NCBI GenBank assembly: GCA_039588295.1
Contig: JBDHAB010000003.1
Span: forward strand, 64,001-128,000
DNA from: Gemmatimonadota bacterium
GTDB taxonomy: Bacteria > Gemmatimonadota > Gemmatimonadetes > Gemmatimonadales > GWC2-71-9
Length of the DNA: 64,000 nucleotides
Direction of reading: 5' to 3'
Shown here: positions 50,278 to 60,964 of the stretch, piece by piece
Layout of the letters: each line of letters starts with the position of its first letter
How positions within the stretch are numbered: position 1 is the first letter of the stretch
The notes under the pieces: model-generated
What the model was told of the DNA's origin: nothing
Database searches by the model: none
Seen by the model: the letters and a program-made list of their open reading frames with translations, nothing else
Translations under genes and position numbers: made by a program

Positions 50278-51780
50278 TCAGCGACCCAGCTGAACCACGA
50301 CCGAGTCGATCTGCGCAAGCATCGCGTTGTACGGTACCGCGTGGTTATTGGCCATGACGGAGAACGCCAGCGTGGCACCGTTCGGCCGCTCGATGTATCC
50401 GGCGAGCGTATTCACGTGAAGGATGCTGCCGGTCTTTGCGAGCACCCGCCCTTCGAGCGGCGTTCCCACGAACCGTGTTCGCAACGACCCCCGTTGCCCG
50501 GATCGGGGAAGCCCTCGCAAGAATCCCGCGTTCTTGGGATGCTGACGCATGTACTGCAGCAGCTCGACGAATGCACGTGGGGTAAGCAGATTGCCCGTGG
50601 AGAGGCCGGAGCCGTCACTCAAGAAGAACTCGGTAGAGTCCACGCCGACGGAGTCGATCAGGAACTGACGCTCGATGGCCAGCCCCGCGTCCCAGGAACC
50701 CTCGTCCGCCAGCTCCCGTCCCAATGTCTTGAGCAGCATTTCGGCGAACCAGTTCTGGCTCGAGTTGAGAATTGGGAAGAGGTAGTCTCCGAGTGTGCGG
50801 GAGCCGAGTTCGGCAACGGCGGGAGTCGCGCGGCAGGCCTGAAATCGTGTGGGGTCGGTCGTGGAGTGGGTCGGGCCGGCCACGCTCACTCCCGCCCGTG
50901 CCAGGGCGGCGCGGAGGGCCGTGGCGAAATACCGATTGGGATCGGGAATCGCGAAGTACTCGGTCCGTTCGCGTCCGTCGATCGGCACGCCGCCCTCAGC
51001 CCAGATCTGCATCGTGCCCGGCGTACGGAAGAAATCGATGGTGCGGCGTTCTCCGGCGGGGAGGGTTCGCGTTCTGTTGTCGAACACGAAGTTCCCGAGC
51101 TGCGGTTCGAAACTCACGATGACGGGTGCGTCCACCGTCGGGCCTGGACGATAGATGACGTTCAGGCTGTTGTCATTGAATCCGAGGCCGGATACGGGCG
51201 CGGCGTACCACCAGTTGAGGTCGTAGGCCTCCCAGCCGGGATGAACGAGCTCCGCATCGAAGTAGCTGCCATCCCCGACGATGGCGCCCGTAACGTGGCG
51301 GATCCCGCGCGCTGCAATACGGCGGGCAAGGACGTCCATCCGCGTCCACAGCGAATCGCAGGCTCCAACAGCGAGGGTGTCTGACCCGTAGCACCGCGGT
51401 GAGAACATGGGATCGCCTCGACCGTAGACGACGAGATCGCCGTCGAGTATCCCGTCGTTGATGGGGCCGGAGCCGTACACGCTGGTGACTGCTTCGTGTT
51501 CCGGCGGTAGCAGGACGCTGGCGACTGCGGCGACCACGAGCTTGACGTTCGAGGCCGGGATGAAGAAGCGATCGGCATTGCGACTGTAGAGCTCCCGCCC
51601 CCGCTCGTCGACGACGAGGACACCCCACGTTGCGCGGTCAAACGGAGGGGAATCGAGCAAGCGGTCAATTCGTCGGCCAAGGCGTCCCTGGGCTTCGATC
51701 GAGGTGGTCGCCAGCAAGCTCAGCACGGCGAACAGGCAGGAGGGGGATACCCAGAATGGTCGGGCTCTAGAGATATTCAT
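50278..51780 (-). CDS. dacB: D-alanyl-D-alanine carboxypeptidase/endopeptidase (PBP4, peptidase S13)
   Basis: PASNVK (SxxK), SQN (SxN), DGSGLS, AKTG; signal peptide. Confidence 0.93.
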   Translation of the reverse strand: MNISRARPFWVSPSCLFAVLSLLATTSIEAQGRLGRRIDRLLDSPPFDRATWGVLVVDERGRELYSRNADRFFIPASNVKLVVAAVASVLLPPEHEAVTSVYGSGPINDGILDGDLVVYGRGDPMFSPRCYGSDTLAVGACDSLWTRMDVLARRIAARGIRHVTGAIVGDGSYFDAELVHPGWEAYDLNWWYAAPVSGLGFNDNSLNVIYRPGPTVDAPVIVSFEPQLGNFVFDNRTRTLPAGERRTIDFFRTPGTMQIWAEGGVPIDGRERTEYFAIPDPNRYFATALRAALARAGVSVAGPTHSTTDPTRFQACRATPAVAELGSRTLGDYLFPILNSSQNWFAEMLLKTLGRELADEGSWDAGLAIERQFLIDSVGVDSTEFFLSDGSGLSTGNLLTPRAFVELLQYMRQHPKNAGFLRGLPRSGQRGSLRTRFVGTPLEGRVLAKTGSILHVNTLAGYIERPNGATLAFSVMANNHAVPYNAMLAQIDSVVVQLGR

Positions 51781-51786
51781 CGGTGT

Positions 51787-54021
51787 ATGATCGATCGATG
51801 TGGTGGATGGAAACGTTGCGGCAAGCTATGGGCGGCTCGTGGGGCCGTCAAATCCGTCGATCCCGTGCCTGACGGCGCGCGGTCGTGGGTAGCGGTGCCC
51901 AGATTCGCCAGACGCGCCATTCTCGTCGGGGTTGGTGTAGGGGTCTGCGTCGCGTCGCCGGCAACGGGCCAGAGCCGCGGCCTCATCATCCGTGGGCTGT
52001 CGTTCAGCGGTAACCGCGCGATTGACGACAACACGCTGCGAATCTCCATTGCCACGTCACAGTCCACCTTCTTTGCACGCTCGCCGCTCGTTCGCTGGCT
52101 CGGCCTTGGTGAAAAGAAGTACTTCAACGAGATCGAGTTCCGCCGCGACGTTCTTCGACTCACGGCGCTGTATCGGCAAGGGGGGTTCGTGGACGCCACC
52201 GTTGACACGGTCGTCCGCCGAACCGATCGCGACGTCGACGTGCGGTTTACGATCTTCGAAGGGGAGCCGATCCGAGTCTCGTCGCTGCAGGTGAACGGCG
52301 TGGACGAGTTCGTTCCCGCAGGGGCGTTATCCGCGGCGTTGCCACTCCGGGTGGGTGATCCCTTCAATCGACTGCTGATGCTGGCGTCTGCGGACACGGT
52401 GCGGGGACGCCTCGCCGACCGCGGCTACCCATTTGCAGAGGTGTATCGCAACTTCGATGTGGATCGTGTGGCTCGCACAGCCGCGATCGAGTTCGACGTG
52501 GACCCAGGCATGCGGGCTACCGTCGGCGACGTCGAGGTCGTGGGTGCCGGCCGGCTGGATGACCGGGTCATTCGCCGAACCCTCTCGGTCCGGCCGGGGC
52601 AGGTGTTCCGTCAGCGCGATCTCTATCAGAGTCAGCTCGATCTGTACCGAACCGGTCTCTTCAACTACGCGAACGTGGCGCTGGTCGACACGCTCGGGAC
52701 CGCTGCGGCCGACTCGCAGGTGGATGTGCGTGTCCGCGTGCTCGAGGGTCCACGGCAACGTGTGCGTCTTGGTGGAGGGTACGGCACGATCGACTGTTTC
52801 CGGACCTTGGCCTCCTGGATGCTCCTCGATTTCCTTGGTGGGGGCCGGAGCCTCGAGCTGAAAGGTCGACTCTCCCAGATCGGCACCGGTGACCCCTTGG
52901 GCGGGGGCTTCGAGAACTCGGTGTGTCCTGCGCTCTCCGACGAAGACGTGAGTCGCCTCAAGCTGAACTACAACGTCACCATGGCGTTCCGACAGCCGTA
53001 TGTGTTCTCGCGGCGCACGAGTGCGACGCTTGCCCTGTTTGCCGAGCGATACACCGAGTTCCAAGCCTATCTCCGTCAGGCGGTGGGTGGAGATCTCGGC
53101 TTCACCTATCGGGCGCGCCCCGACCTGCCCATCACGGTGTCCTATGGACTCTCCTACGGCAGCACGGAGGCGGACCCCGCGAATTTCTGCACGTTTCTGA
53201 ACGTGTGCCTCGTGGAGGACACCATATTCACGCGCAAGCTCCGGCGGGCCACCCTCTCGCTGGCGGCCGTTCGCGACCACCGGAATTCTGTGCTCAACCC
53301 GTCCAGTGGGAGTTGGCTCGCCGGCGAGGTCCGGTTCTCGGCACCGGTAATCGGCTCGGACACGCTGATGCAGTTTACCAGGGGCACGCTCGAGTTCGCC
53401 GCATATCGACGGGTGGGACGCCAGAGCGTGATCAGCGTTCGCGCAAAGCTCGGGACGGTCCTCCCTGCGGAGCTCGGTCCTACCGGGGGAGAGCTACGGT
53501 ACGTTCCGACGGAAGAACGGTTCTATGCCGGCGGCGCCAGCACGGTTCGCGGGTACGGTCAGAACGAGCTTGGGCCACAGGTGCGGGTGCTCGATACCGT
53601 GATCACCCGCCAGGAGCAGCAGAACGGCCAGCCGGTCACCGTCGTGGATAGCGTCATTCGAACGTCTCCCGCCGGTGGAAACGACTTGCTCCTCGCCAAC
53701 GTGGAGTTTCGCTTCCCGATGCCGGGTTTCGGGGGCAAGCTCTCGGGCGCACTGTACGTTGATGCAGGTCGGGTGTTCAGTCGAGGGAGCGAGACCCCAG
53801 GTCCGAGTGGTCTGCGGGTCACACCGGGGCTCGGCGTCCGGATCACGTCACCGCTGGGACCGATCCGGTTCGATGTTGGATTCAACCCGTATGCCGTGGA
53901 TGAGAGCCCCCTGTACCAAAAACAGAATGGGGAACTGGAACTCGTGATTGACCCTTACCGCCCCAGCCGCAGTTTCTTGGGCCGGTTCAGACTCCACTTT
54001 TCCGTGGGTCAGCCGTTCTAA
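51787..54021 (+). CDS. tamA: TamA/BamA (Omp85) family outer membrane protein
   Basis: POTRA-like repeats, RFYAGGASTVRGY, SPLGPIRFD, C-terminal GQPF. True start probably nearer GTG 51895. Confidence 0.85.
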   Translation: MIDRCGGWKRCGKLWAARGAVKSVDPVPDGARSWVAVPRFARRAILVGVGVGVCVASPATGQSRGLIIRGLSFSGNRAIDDNTLRISIATSQSTFFARSPLVRWLGLGEKKYFNEIEFRRDVLRLTALYRQGGFVDATVDTVVRRTDRDVDVRFTIFEGEPIRVSSLQVNGVDEFVPAGALSAALPLRVGDPFNRLLMLASADTVRGRLADRGYPFAEVYRNFDVDRVARTAAIEFDVDPGMRATVGDVEVVGAGRLDDRVIRRTLSVRPGQVFRQRDLYQSQLDLYRTGLFNYANVALVDTLGTAAADSQVDVRVRVLEGPRQRVRLGGGYGTIDCFRTLASWMLLDFLGGGRSLELKGRLSQIGTGDPLGGGFENSVCPALSDEDVSRLKLNYNVTMAFRQPYVFSRRTSATLALFAERYTEFQAYLRQAVGGDLGFTYRARPDLPITVSYGLSYGSTEADPANFCTFLNVCLVEDTIFTRKLRRATLSLAAVRDHRNSVLNPSSGSWLAGEVRFSAPVIGSDTLMQFTRGTLEFAAYRRVGRQSVISVRAKLGTVLPAELGPTGGELRYVPTEERFYAGGASTVRGYGQNELGPQVRVLDTVITRQEQQNGQPVTVVDSVIRTSPAGGNDLLLANVEFRFPMPGFGGKLSGALYVDAGRVFSRGSETPGPSGLRVTPGLGVRITSPLGPIRFDVGFNPYAVDESPLYQKQNGELELVIDPYRPSRSFLGRFRLHFSVGQPF

Positions 54022-57000
54022 TGCTCGGTCGTACGCTCGGCTGGATCGCGGTGGCGGTAAGCTCGCTGGCGGGCACGGTCCTCGGGGTGACCGGAGTCGC
54101 GCTGCGCACGCCCGTTGGTAGGCGGATCGTGGTGGAGCGGAGTGTGAGAGCGGTCAACCAGGAACTGCACGGTGCCCTGACGGTCGGTGGGGTCGGGGGC
54201 TCGTTCTTCCGCGGGCTCGAAGTCCAGGACGTGGCGGTCCGCGGCGCCGATGGAACAGCGATCCTCACGGCCGATCTGGTGGGAATCCGCTATCGCATCG
54301 CGGATCTCCTCCGGGGACGCATCGTGTTTGGCGAGCTTCGGCTCAGCGGGCCCAAGGTCACGCTGGTGCAGGCTGCGCCGGGTGAGCCCTTCAACTTTGA
54401 GCGGTTGTTTCCACCAGGCGAACGCACTGGTGGTCCGGGACCGCTGATCGCGTTCAACGACGTGCAGATCAGCGGTGGAGAGTTCGTGATCAAGACGCCG
54501 GTCGGCCCGCGGGACACGGTGCACGAGCGGGAATCCGGCTCGAATGGTGATCTCCAGGTACGTCGCTTTGCGTCGCTGTACGGGACGCTCTCCTACTTAC
54601 GGGTAGCATCGAACCGGCCCGGTGATCCCATCCTGGCGGAGATCAACCACCTGCGCACGGAGGCATCGGATCCACGCATCAGCGTGCTCAATGCCCGTGG
54701 CTCCGTCGAGCTCTTCGGTGACTCGGTTCGCTTGAATCTTGCCGAAGTGCGACTGCCGCGGACCCGTGGCGAACTCTCGGGACGACTGTCGTGGGACCAG
54801 GGTCCGCTACTCGTCGCCTTCCGTGGGGAGGCTACGCCGGGCCGGACCGACGACGTGCGGGGGCTCGTGGCGACCTTGCCCGCCGGCATAGCCGGTAACG
54901 GTCGGTTCACGGTGAACTCCATGGACGACGCGGTCTTGGAGTTCTCAGGCGAGGAACTGGTGATGACGGCGGATGACGGTGGTCGCATGCGTGGGCGTCT
55001 GGGGATGCGGATCGGCCCGGGCGAACAATGGGCGTTTCAAGGTACTTCGCTCGATCTCGACGCCTTCGATCTCGACTACGTGCGGGGGTTCTTGGACACG
55101 GTACCGTTCGCCGGGACGCTGACGGGGTCGCTCGCGGCTGACGGACCGGCCGATAGCCTCCGGCTCAGTCTGGACGCGACGTTCACCGATCGGTTGGTGG
55201 GGGACGAACCGCAGTCCTATGTCCGAGGCGAGGGTGTCGTCGCAGTTCTGAGTGACGATTTTGTGTTCGACCGATTCCGGGTGGAGGAAGCTGACATAGG
55301 TCTCGGGACGGTTCGGCGCCTCGTCCCAGCCATGGTCGTTCAGGGGAGACTCTACGCACGGGGATTGCTCGACGGATCGTGGCTGAACGCAACGCTTGCC
55401 GGGGAGCTGCGGCACCGTGATGCCCCACTACCAGAGACCGTGGCTCGTGGGCGGGTGCGTCTGGATGCGAGGCGCGACACCCTTGGCGTGTGGGTGGATG
55501 TGACGCTCGACTCGCTCCAGCTCGAGGGGCTCCGGTCGAGCTTCGACGGGTGGGCGCTGCAGGGCGCGTGGGCCGGTCCGCTCTCGTTGGCAGGGTACTG
55601 GGACTCGCTGGTGATCCAGGCCGACCTCGAAGGTCCCGCCGGGTCGGTGCGTGCTGCGGGCTCGCTCGAGCTGCTCGACAGTATCACTGGGGCCCACGAT
55701 CTCCACCTGCAGACCCGAAGCCTGGATCTCGCTGCTGTCCAGTCCGGGTTACCGCGGACTCGACTTTCAGGCGACGCGCGCGGCGCGGGATCCGCTGGGG
55801 CGGATGGTGCCAGTCGATTCCGCGCCTCGGTGGCGCTGGGTCGCTCCTCCATCAAGGGTGTCACGGTCGATAGTGTGGAGGCACACGCTTCACTCGCGGA
55901 CGGATTCCTTGGATTCGACACGCTCCAGGTGCTCGCCGCGGGTCTCGATGTTCAGGCTGCGGGCCGAATCGGCTTGGGTGCGGCGCAGCAGGACACGGTC
56001 ACGTTTACCGCGACCACCGATACCATCGGCGTTCTCGAACCGATCATTCAGAGCTGGCTGGGACCGCTCGAGACCGACGAGGTCGCAGCGCGCCCTTCGG
56101 GCACGTTGCGGGCAGCGGGGCGTGTCATCGGATCGGTCGACGAGTACCAGGTGATCGCGGATCTCGAGATGTCGCAAGTGCGCCGCGGTCCTCTGTTCGT
56201 GAGCCGAGCGGGGGGGGCCGCGACATGGGTATCGACGACTCGATCGTTGCGGTTCGATGGCGTCGTGGATTCAACCGTCGTGGGAGCGGTGGCACTCGGT
56301 GGTCTCAGGGTCCAACTCCACGGTCGGCCCGACTCGCTGAACTGGCACGGGCGCTCACGCCTGGGATACGGTGCGTGGATGGGTCGTGGGCAGTGGATTG
56401 CCAACCACGATGTCTCACGGGTGGTGCTCGATTCGCTCGGTCTCAGCCTCGCCAGCGGGCCATGGTTCATTGATACCGCGGCCAGCATCATACTCGACGA
56501 CAGTGGCCTGACGTTCTCCGACCTGACGTTTGCCAGCCTGCGCGGCTCCGGCCGCCTCGCCGTGCGCGGCCGCTGGCCGTTTCGTGGACCCGGCACCCTC
56601 GATGGCTCAGTGAGCGGCCTCCCTGTGAGTGACGTGTTGGTGCTGTTGCTGCGGGACCCGGAAGAAGCCAGCGGCGAGTTGAGTGGGACCCTCGCGGTGG
56701 GCGGGACGGCTCGTGCTCCCGAGTTTCGGTTTCTCGTCAGCCTGCGCGACGGGGTCTACGGCGAGTTTCGGGCGCCGCCCGATACACGGGGTGTCGTCGA
56801 ATATCGAGACCGTGTGCTGGCCGCGGACCTGGAGCTGTGGCGTTTGGGGAAGCAGGTGCTCAAGGTCACGGCCGGCTTCCCGCTCGACCTGGCACTGACG
56901 GGTGCCGTACGTCGGCGGCTGCCGGGGCCGATACAGGTGCGCGCCATGGCGGAGGGGGTGGATCTGTCGCTGTTTGAGGCAACCGCTCCGTTCGTGCGTG

Positions 57001-58355
57001 ACATCGCGGGGACGCTGGATGCTGACTTCGGGATCGAGGGTACCTGGGAGCGGCCCGAACTCGCTGGTCATCTCGCCGTGCGCGGTGGTGCGGCGACATT
57101 CCCGGCACTTGGCGTGCGGCATGAGGCGCTGAACGGCTCCCTGGCGCTCTCAGGCGACACGATTCGCGTGGAGACGCTGTCGCTGCGCAGTGGAGATGGC
57201 GGGGCCGAGATCCGGGGGGTTGTGCGTTTGGAAGAGCTGAGTCGTCCGTTGCTCGACCTCCAGGTTCAGGCGCGGAGGTTCCGCTCTATTGACGTGCGGG
57301 GGTTTCTGTCTCTCACGGCAACCGCCGACCTGCAACTGCGGGGTCCCGTGTATCAGGCGACCCTCACGGGTCGCGGCACTGCTACGAGTGGTGTCTTGTA
57401 TTTTACCGATCTGATCACCAAGAACGTGGTGAATCTCGAAGACACGCTTTTCGCAGAGTTCGTGGACACCACGCTCCTCAGACGTCAGGGCCTAGGTGCG
57501 GAGTTCGAGAGTCGATTTCTCGACAGTCTTCGGATCGATAGCCTACGGCTTGGCATGGGGTCGGATTTCTGGATGCGCTCCAGTGAGGCGAATGTGCAGT
57601 TAGCCGGCGATGTGACCGTCAGCAAGTTGCGGGGCCGGTACCGCCTGGACGGCACGCTCCAGGCACCGCGCGGTACCTATCGACTCCAATTGGGATTGGG
57701 GACGAGCCGAGAATTTGCGGTGACGAGGGGTGAGATTCGCTATCTCGGCACGCCCGACCTGAACGCGGATCTCGATATCGATGCGCAGCACGCGGTCCGA
57801 TCCACGCTGGGGGAGGATGTGAGGGTCTTCGTGAATATCGGCGGGTCGCTGTACGATCCCCGGCTTTCACTCTCCAGTGATGTGCGGCCACCGTTGTCCG
57901 AGCCCGAGATCATCAACTATCTGGTGTTCGGCGCTCCGACGCTGCAGGCTGGGGGTGGCACAAGTGGGCTGGAGTCCCGCTTGCTCACCCAGGCCGCGCT
58001 CGGCACCCTGTCGGGTCAAATCGAGTACGCACTGATCTCGGATCTTGGCGCACCGATCGACTACTTTCAGATCCGGCCGACGACGGGGGTCGGCGGCGTC
58101 ACCGGAGCGGTGTTCGCCGTCGGCAAGCAGTTCAGCGTACTCGGCACGACGGCGTTTCTGACGGCGAGTCCCAGAGTCTGCCGCCAGGAGGCCTTGAGCT
58201 TTCAGAGCGGTGGTGCCAGTCTGGAGTTTCGGCTAAGTCGTCAATGGCTGGTTGCGGCTAGTGTCGATCCGTTACGGAGTTGTGAGATCTCGACGGCACC
58301 GTCCGCCGGCAACTACCAGTTTGGCGCCGATCTCTTTTGGGAACGGAGTTTTTAG
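54021..58355 (+). CDS. tamB: Translocation/assembly module TamB (AsmA-like)
   Basis: 1444 aa, N-terminal anchor, beta-rich body, GSLYDPRLSLSS..PLSEPEIINYL. TAATG coupling to tamA. Confidence 0.85.
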   Translation: MLGRTLGWIAVAVSSLAGTVLGVTGVALRTPVGRRIVVERSVRAVNQELHGALTVGGVGGSFFRGLEVQDVAVRGADGTAILTADLVGIRYRIADLLRGRIVFGELRLSGPKVTLVQAAPGEPFNFERLFPPGERTGGPGPLIAFNDVQISGGEFVIKTPVGPRDTVHERESGSNGDLQVRRFASLYGTLSYLRVASNRPGDPILAEINHLRTEASDPRISVLNARGSVELFGDSVRLNLAEVRLPRTRGELSGRLSWDQGPLLVAFRGEATPGRTDDVRGLVATLPAGIAGNGRFTVNSMDDAVLEFSGEELVMTADDGGRMRGRLGMRIGPGEQWAFQGTSLDLDAFDLDYVRGFLDTVPFAGTLTGSLAADGPADSLRLSLDATFTDRLVGDEPQSYVRGEGVVAVLSDDFVFDRFRVEEADIGLGTVRRLVPAMVVQGRLYARGLLDGSWLNATLAGELRHRDAPLPETVARGRVRLDARRDTLGVWVDVTLDSLQLEGLRSSFDGWALQGAWAGPLSLAGYWDSLVIQADLEGPAGSVRAAGSLELLDSITGAHDLHLQTRSLDLAAVQSGLPRTRLSGDARGAGSAGADGASRFRASVALGRSSIKGVTVDSVEAHASLADGFLGFDTLQVLAAGLDVQAAGRIGLGAAQQDTVTFTATTDTIGVLEPIIQSWLGPLETDEVAARPSGTLRAAGRVIGSVDEYQVIADLEMSQVRRGPLFVSRAGGAATWVSTTRSLRFDGVVDSTVVGAVALGGLRVQLHGRPDSLNWHGRSRLGYGAWMGRGQWIANHDVSRVVLDSLGLSLASGPWFIDTAASIILDDSGLTFSDLTFASLRGSGRLAVRGRWPFRGPGTLDGSVSGLPVSDVLVLLLRDPEEASGELSGTLAVGGTARAPEFRFLVSLRDGVYGEFRAPPDTRGVVEYRDRVLAADLELWRLGKQVLKVTAGFPLDLALTGAVRRRLPGPIQVRAMAEGVDLSLFEATAPFVRDIAGTLDADFGIEGTWERPELAGHLAVRGGAATFPALGVRHEALNGSLALSGDTIRVETLSLRSGDGGAEIRGVVRLEELSRPLLDLQVQARRFRSIDVRGFLSLTATADLQLRGPVYQATLTGRGTATSGVLYFTDLITKNVVNLEDTLFAEFVDTTLLRRQGLGAEFESRFLDSLRIDSLRLGMGSDFWMRSSEANVQLAGDVTVSKLRGRYRLDGTLQAPRGTYRLQLGLGTSREFAVTRGEIRYLGTPDLNADLDIDAQHAVRSTLGEDVRVFVNIGGSLYDPRLSLSSDVRPPLSEPEIINYLVFGAPTLQAGGGTSGLESRLLTQAALGTLSGQIEYALISDLGAPIDYFQIRPTTGVGGVTGAVFAVGKQFSVLGTTAFLTASPRVCRQEALSFQSGGASLEFRLSRQWLVAASVDPLRSCEISTAPSAGNYQFGADLFWERSF

Positions 58356-59248
58356 TGGCACGCGCGCTCCTCATCTTCAATCCCGCTGCGGCCCGGGCCA
58401 ATCAACGTGTAGTGCGATCGGTGAGTCGCGTGTTCAGTCAGGAGGGATGGAACCTGGAGGTGGTGGGGACGACGCGGCCGGGCCACGCAGAAGATCTGGC
58501 GCGGCAAGGCGTCGCGGATGGCGCCGAATTGATTGCCGTGTACGGCGGTGACGGCACGACGATGCAGGCGGTCCGGGGGCTGGTCGGGCAGGAGGTGCCG
58601 GTGGGGCTCATTCCCGGCGGCGCCGGTAATCTCTTGGCCGGCAACTTGCGGCTGCCTCGCAACCCCACGGCGGCCGCAAGAGTGGCGGCGCGGGGTGTGG
58701 CAAAGCGGATTGATCTGGGACGACTCCGTCGTGAGGAAGGCGAGCGGTATTTCGCCGTTGCCTGTGGCGCGGGATTCGATGCCGACCTCATGGCTCGCAC
58801 GTCCGGCGCCGCGAAGCGACGTTGGCGTATGGGAGCATACGTTGCGCAATTTTGGGGGGCGCTCCACGACGTGAAGCTGGTGGCGCACACCATCACCGTT
58901 GATGGGACGATACTCGAGGTCGAGGCGGTCATGGTCATGGTCGCGAACTGCGGCGAGCTTATGCCCCCGTTCTTTCGGCTCCGCGAAGGGATCGCTCCCG
59001 ATGACGGGATCTTCGATGTCGTCGTCGTGAACGCGACGACGGTGGTCGAGGGCATCGATATCACGTTGCGCATGTTGACCGGGCGGGTGAAGGACCATCA
59101 CCGGGTTCGGTACGCGCGAGGGAGGTCCGTTACCGTGGAGACCGCCGAACCGCGACCGGTGCAGTTCGACGGTGAACCGGGTGGCGTGACCCCGTTCACG
59201 GCTGACGTTGTTCCCAACGGTGTCCGGATCATCCTGCCGCGGCGCTAG
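58355..59248 (+). CDS. Diacylglycerol/lipid kinase family protein
   Basis: IFNPAA, GGDGT, IPGGAGNLLA, GAGFDA, QFDGE. GTG overlaps the tamB TAG. Confidence 0.9.
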   Translation: MARALLIFNPAAARANQRVVRSVSRVFSQEGWNLEVVGTTRPGHAEDLARQGVADGAELIAVYGGDGTTMQAVRGLVGQEVPVGLIPGGAGNLLAGNLRLPRNPTAAARVAARGVAKRIDLGRLRREEGERYFAVACGAGFDADLMARTSGAAKRRWRMGAYVAQFWGALHDVKLVAHTITVDGTILEVEAVMVMVANCGELMPPFFRLREGIAPDDGIFDVVVVNATTVVEGIDITLRMLTGRVKDHHRVRYARGRSVTVETAEPRPVQFDGEPGGVTPFTADVVPNGVRIILPRR

Positions 59249-59266
59249 CGGGAAGAGGAGACGACG

Positions 59267-59452
59267 ATGCAAGAGACCGATAAGATGATCTGCCGTGCGT
59301 GTGGGAATGAGGAGCGCGCGTCGGAAGGCTACCCGTGCGATGCTTGCGGTACGTTCATCTGCATCATCTGTTCCATGCGAGGCGTCACGTCATGCAAAGA
59401 GTGCCAGGCGAAGGCCGGTCAGGGTGCGGAGCCGTCGCCGGATGCGCCGTGA
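59267..59452 (+). CDS. Small 8-Cys zinc-finger-like protein (61 aa)
   Basis: GAGGAG RBS; CRAC-x12-CDAC-x4-CIIC-x7-CKEC. Confidence 0.8.
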   Translation: MQETDKMICRACGNEERASEGYPCDACGTFICIICSMRGVTSCKECQAKAGQGAEPSPDAP

Positions 59453-59516
59453 CCGACCGGTAGCGGCGTTCCGGGCCCGGCCGACCTGGGCCGCATAGGA
59501 CCTTGGAGATCGGATA

Positions 59517-60224
59517 GTGCGCTCCCCGCCCGAAAAGCTCGTCCTGTTCGACATCGACAGCACGCTGGTATGGTCGGCGGGCGCTGGCCGTTCGGCAATC
59601 GGTCGGGCCCTGCTGTCGGAAATGGGGGCAACCGGTCCGATCGACGGCTACCGATTCGACGGAAAGACAGACCCTCAGATCATCAGTGAGCTGATGACGG
59701 CGGCGGGACACCCCGATGCGAAGAGCGAGCGGCACATCGCGGCAGTGTGCCGACGCTATCTCGAGTTGTTGCACGGCGAGTTAGGCGCACGGAGCGGGAA
59801 CGTTCGCCTCTATCCCGGCGTGACACCCCTGTTGGATGCCTTGGACACACGCAACGACGCGCTCGTCGGGCTGTTGACTGGCAACCTGGAGGAGGGGGCC
59901 AGTCTCAAACTCCAGTCGGCTGGCCTCGATCCCGAGCGCTTCCGCGTCGGTGCGTTCGGCTCTGATTCTGCCATGCGTGCTGAGTTGCCCGCGATCGCAG
60001 CCGCCCGAGCCGCCCCGTTGATGGGCCGGGTCCCCGCAGGTGAGGAGATCATCGTCGTTGGAGATACACCGGCCGACATGACCTGCGGTCAGGGTGTCGG
60101 AGCGCGCGCGGTCGGGGTCGCCACTGGGCGGCACAGCGTGGTGGAGCTCCTGGCGGCCGGTGCGCACGTGGCCTTCGAGGATCTGTCCGACACCGCGGCG
60201 GTCCTGCACTCCATTTATTCGTGA
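59517..60224 (+). CDS. HAD family hydrolase (phosphoglycolate phosphatase-like)
   Basis: LFDIDSTL, GKTD, LTGN, VGDTPAD, VATG. Confidence 0.9.
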   Translation: MRSPPEKLVLFDIDSTLVWSAGAGRSAIGRALLSEMGATGPIDGYRFDGKTDPQIISELMTAAGHPDAKSERHIAAVCRRYLELLHGELGARSGNVRLYPGVTPLLDALDTRNDALVGLLTGNLEEGASLKLQSAGLDPERFRVGAFGSDSAMRAELPAIAAARAAPLMGRVPAGEEIIVVGDTPADMTCGQGVGARAVGVATGRHSVVELLAAGAHVAFEDLSDTAAVLHSIYS

Positions 60225-60964
60225 GCAATCCCAAACTCCTCATTCCTGTTCGTGTCCCGGAGCTGGGCCCGTTCTTGGGGAAGGTGATTACGGGCACGGG
60301 TTGCACGCCGGGCGGCCTCCAACTCGACGCTGTGCGCTACCGTCTCGTGACCCGCCTGTTCGAGCGTGCCGGAGAGGCGCGCCGGCTTGCCGGGCGTGAA
60401 GAGCGACAGGCGGCGCTTGCCACCATCGGTCGAACGGCCTGGCTCGAGGCATGGGACGAGGCGGTTTCCACGGCGGGAGAGCTGCTTGCCGAGCGGGTCT
60501 CTGGGCGGCTCGAGTCCGAGGCGCTCGCTGTCCGGCTCCCACGGCGCAAGCGGAGGCGGCTCCAACTGGACGAGGCTGAAAGGCGAGCGCTGAACGCACG
60601 CTTGGGATCTGCGGGCGCGGTACTCGTTCCCGCGTTGGACAGGCTCGAGCAGCGTGCATCGCTGGCACTCGACGCGACGGCGGTGCAGCGTGAGGCGGTC
60701 GAGGCTTGGCAGGACGCCCTGCGCACTTCGGCCCGTCGGATGGAAGCGGCGTGGTTCGATCTCGAACGCCGCATTCAGCACGAATGGGAGCGTTGGGCGG
60801 TCGTGGCGGACGGGGTTGCGTCGTGGCGCGGACACTGGTGGCTGTTCGGGCTGGGCGCAGTGGTCCTCCTCGGTGCCGCCTTGTACGTCGGGCTCGTATG
60901 GGGTGGCTACGTGGAACTCCCTCGCTGGCTCGCGACCTTAGGGGACGGGGTCGGGGAGCGGTGA
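60221..60964 (+). CDS. Hypothetical helical protein with C-terminal membrane anchor
   Basis: GTGA overlaps at both ends; C-terminal hydrophobic helix WWLFGLGAVVLLGAALYVGLVWGG. Confidence 0.72.
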   Translation: MSNPKLLIPVRVPELGPFLGKVITGTGCTPGGLQLDAVRYRLVTRLFERAGEARRLAGREERQAALATIGRTAWLEAWDEAVSTAGELLAERVSGRLESEALAVRLPRRKRRRLQLDEAERRALNARLGSAGAVLVPALDRLEQRASLALDATAVQREAVEAWQDALRTSARRMEAAWFDLERRIQHEWERWAVVADGVASWRGHWWLFGLGAVVLLGAALYVGLVWGGYVELPRWLATLGDGVGER

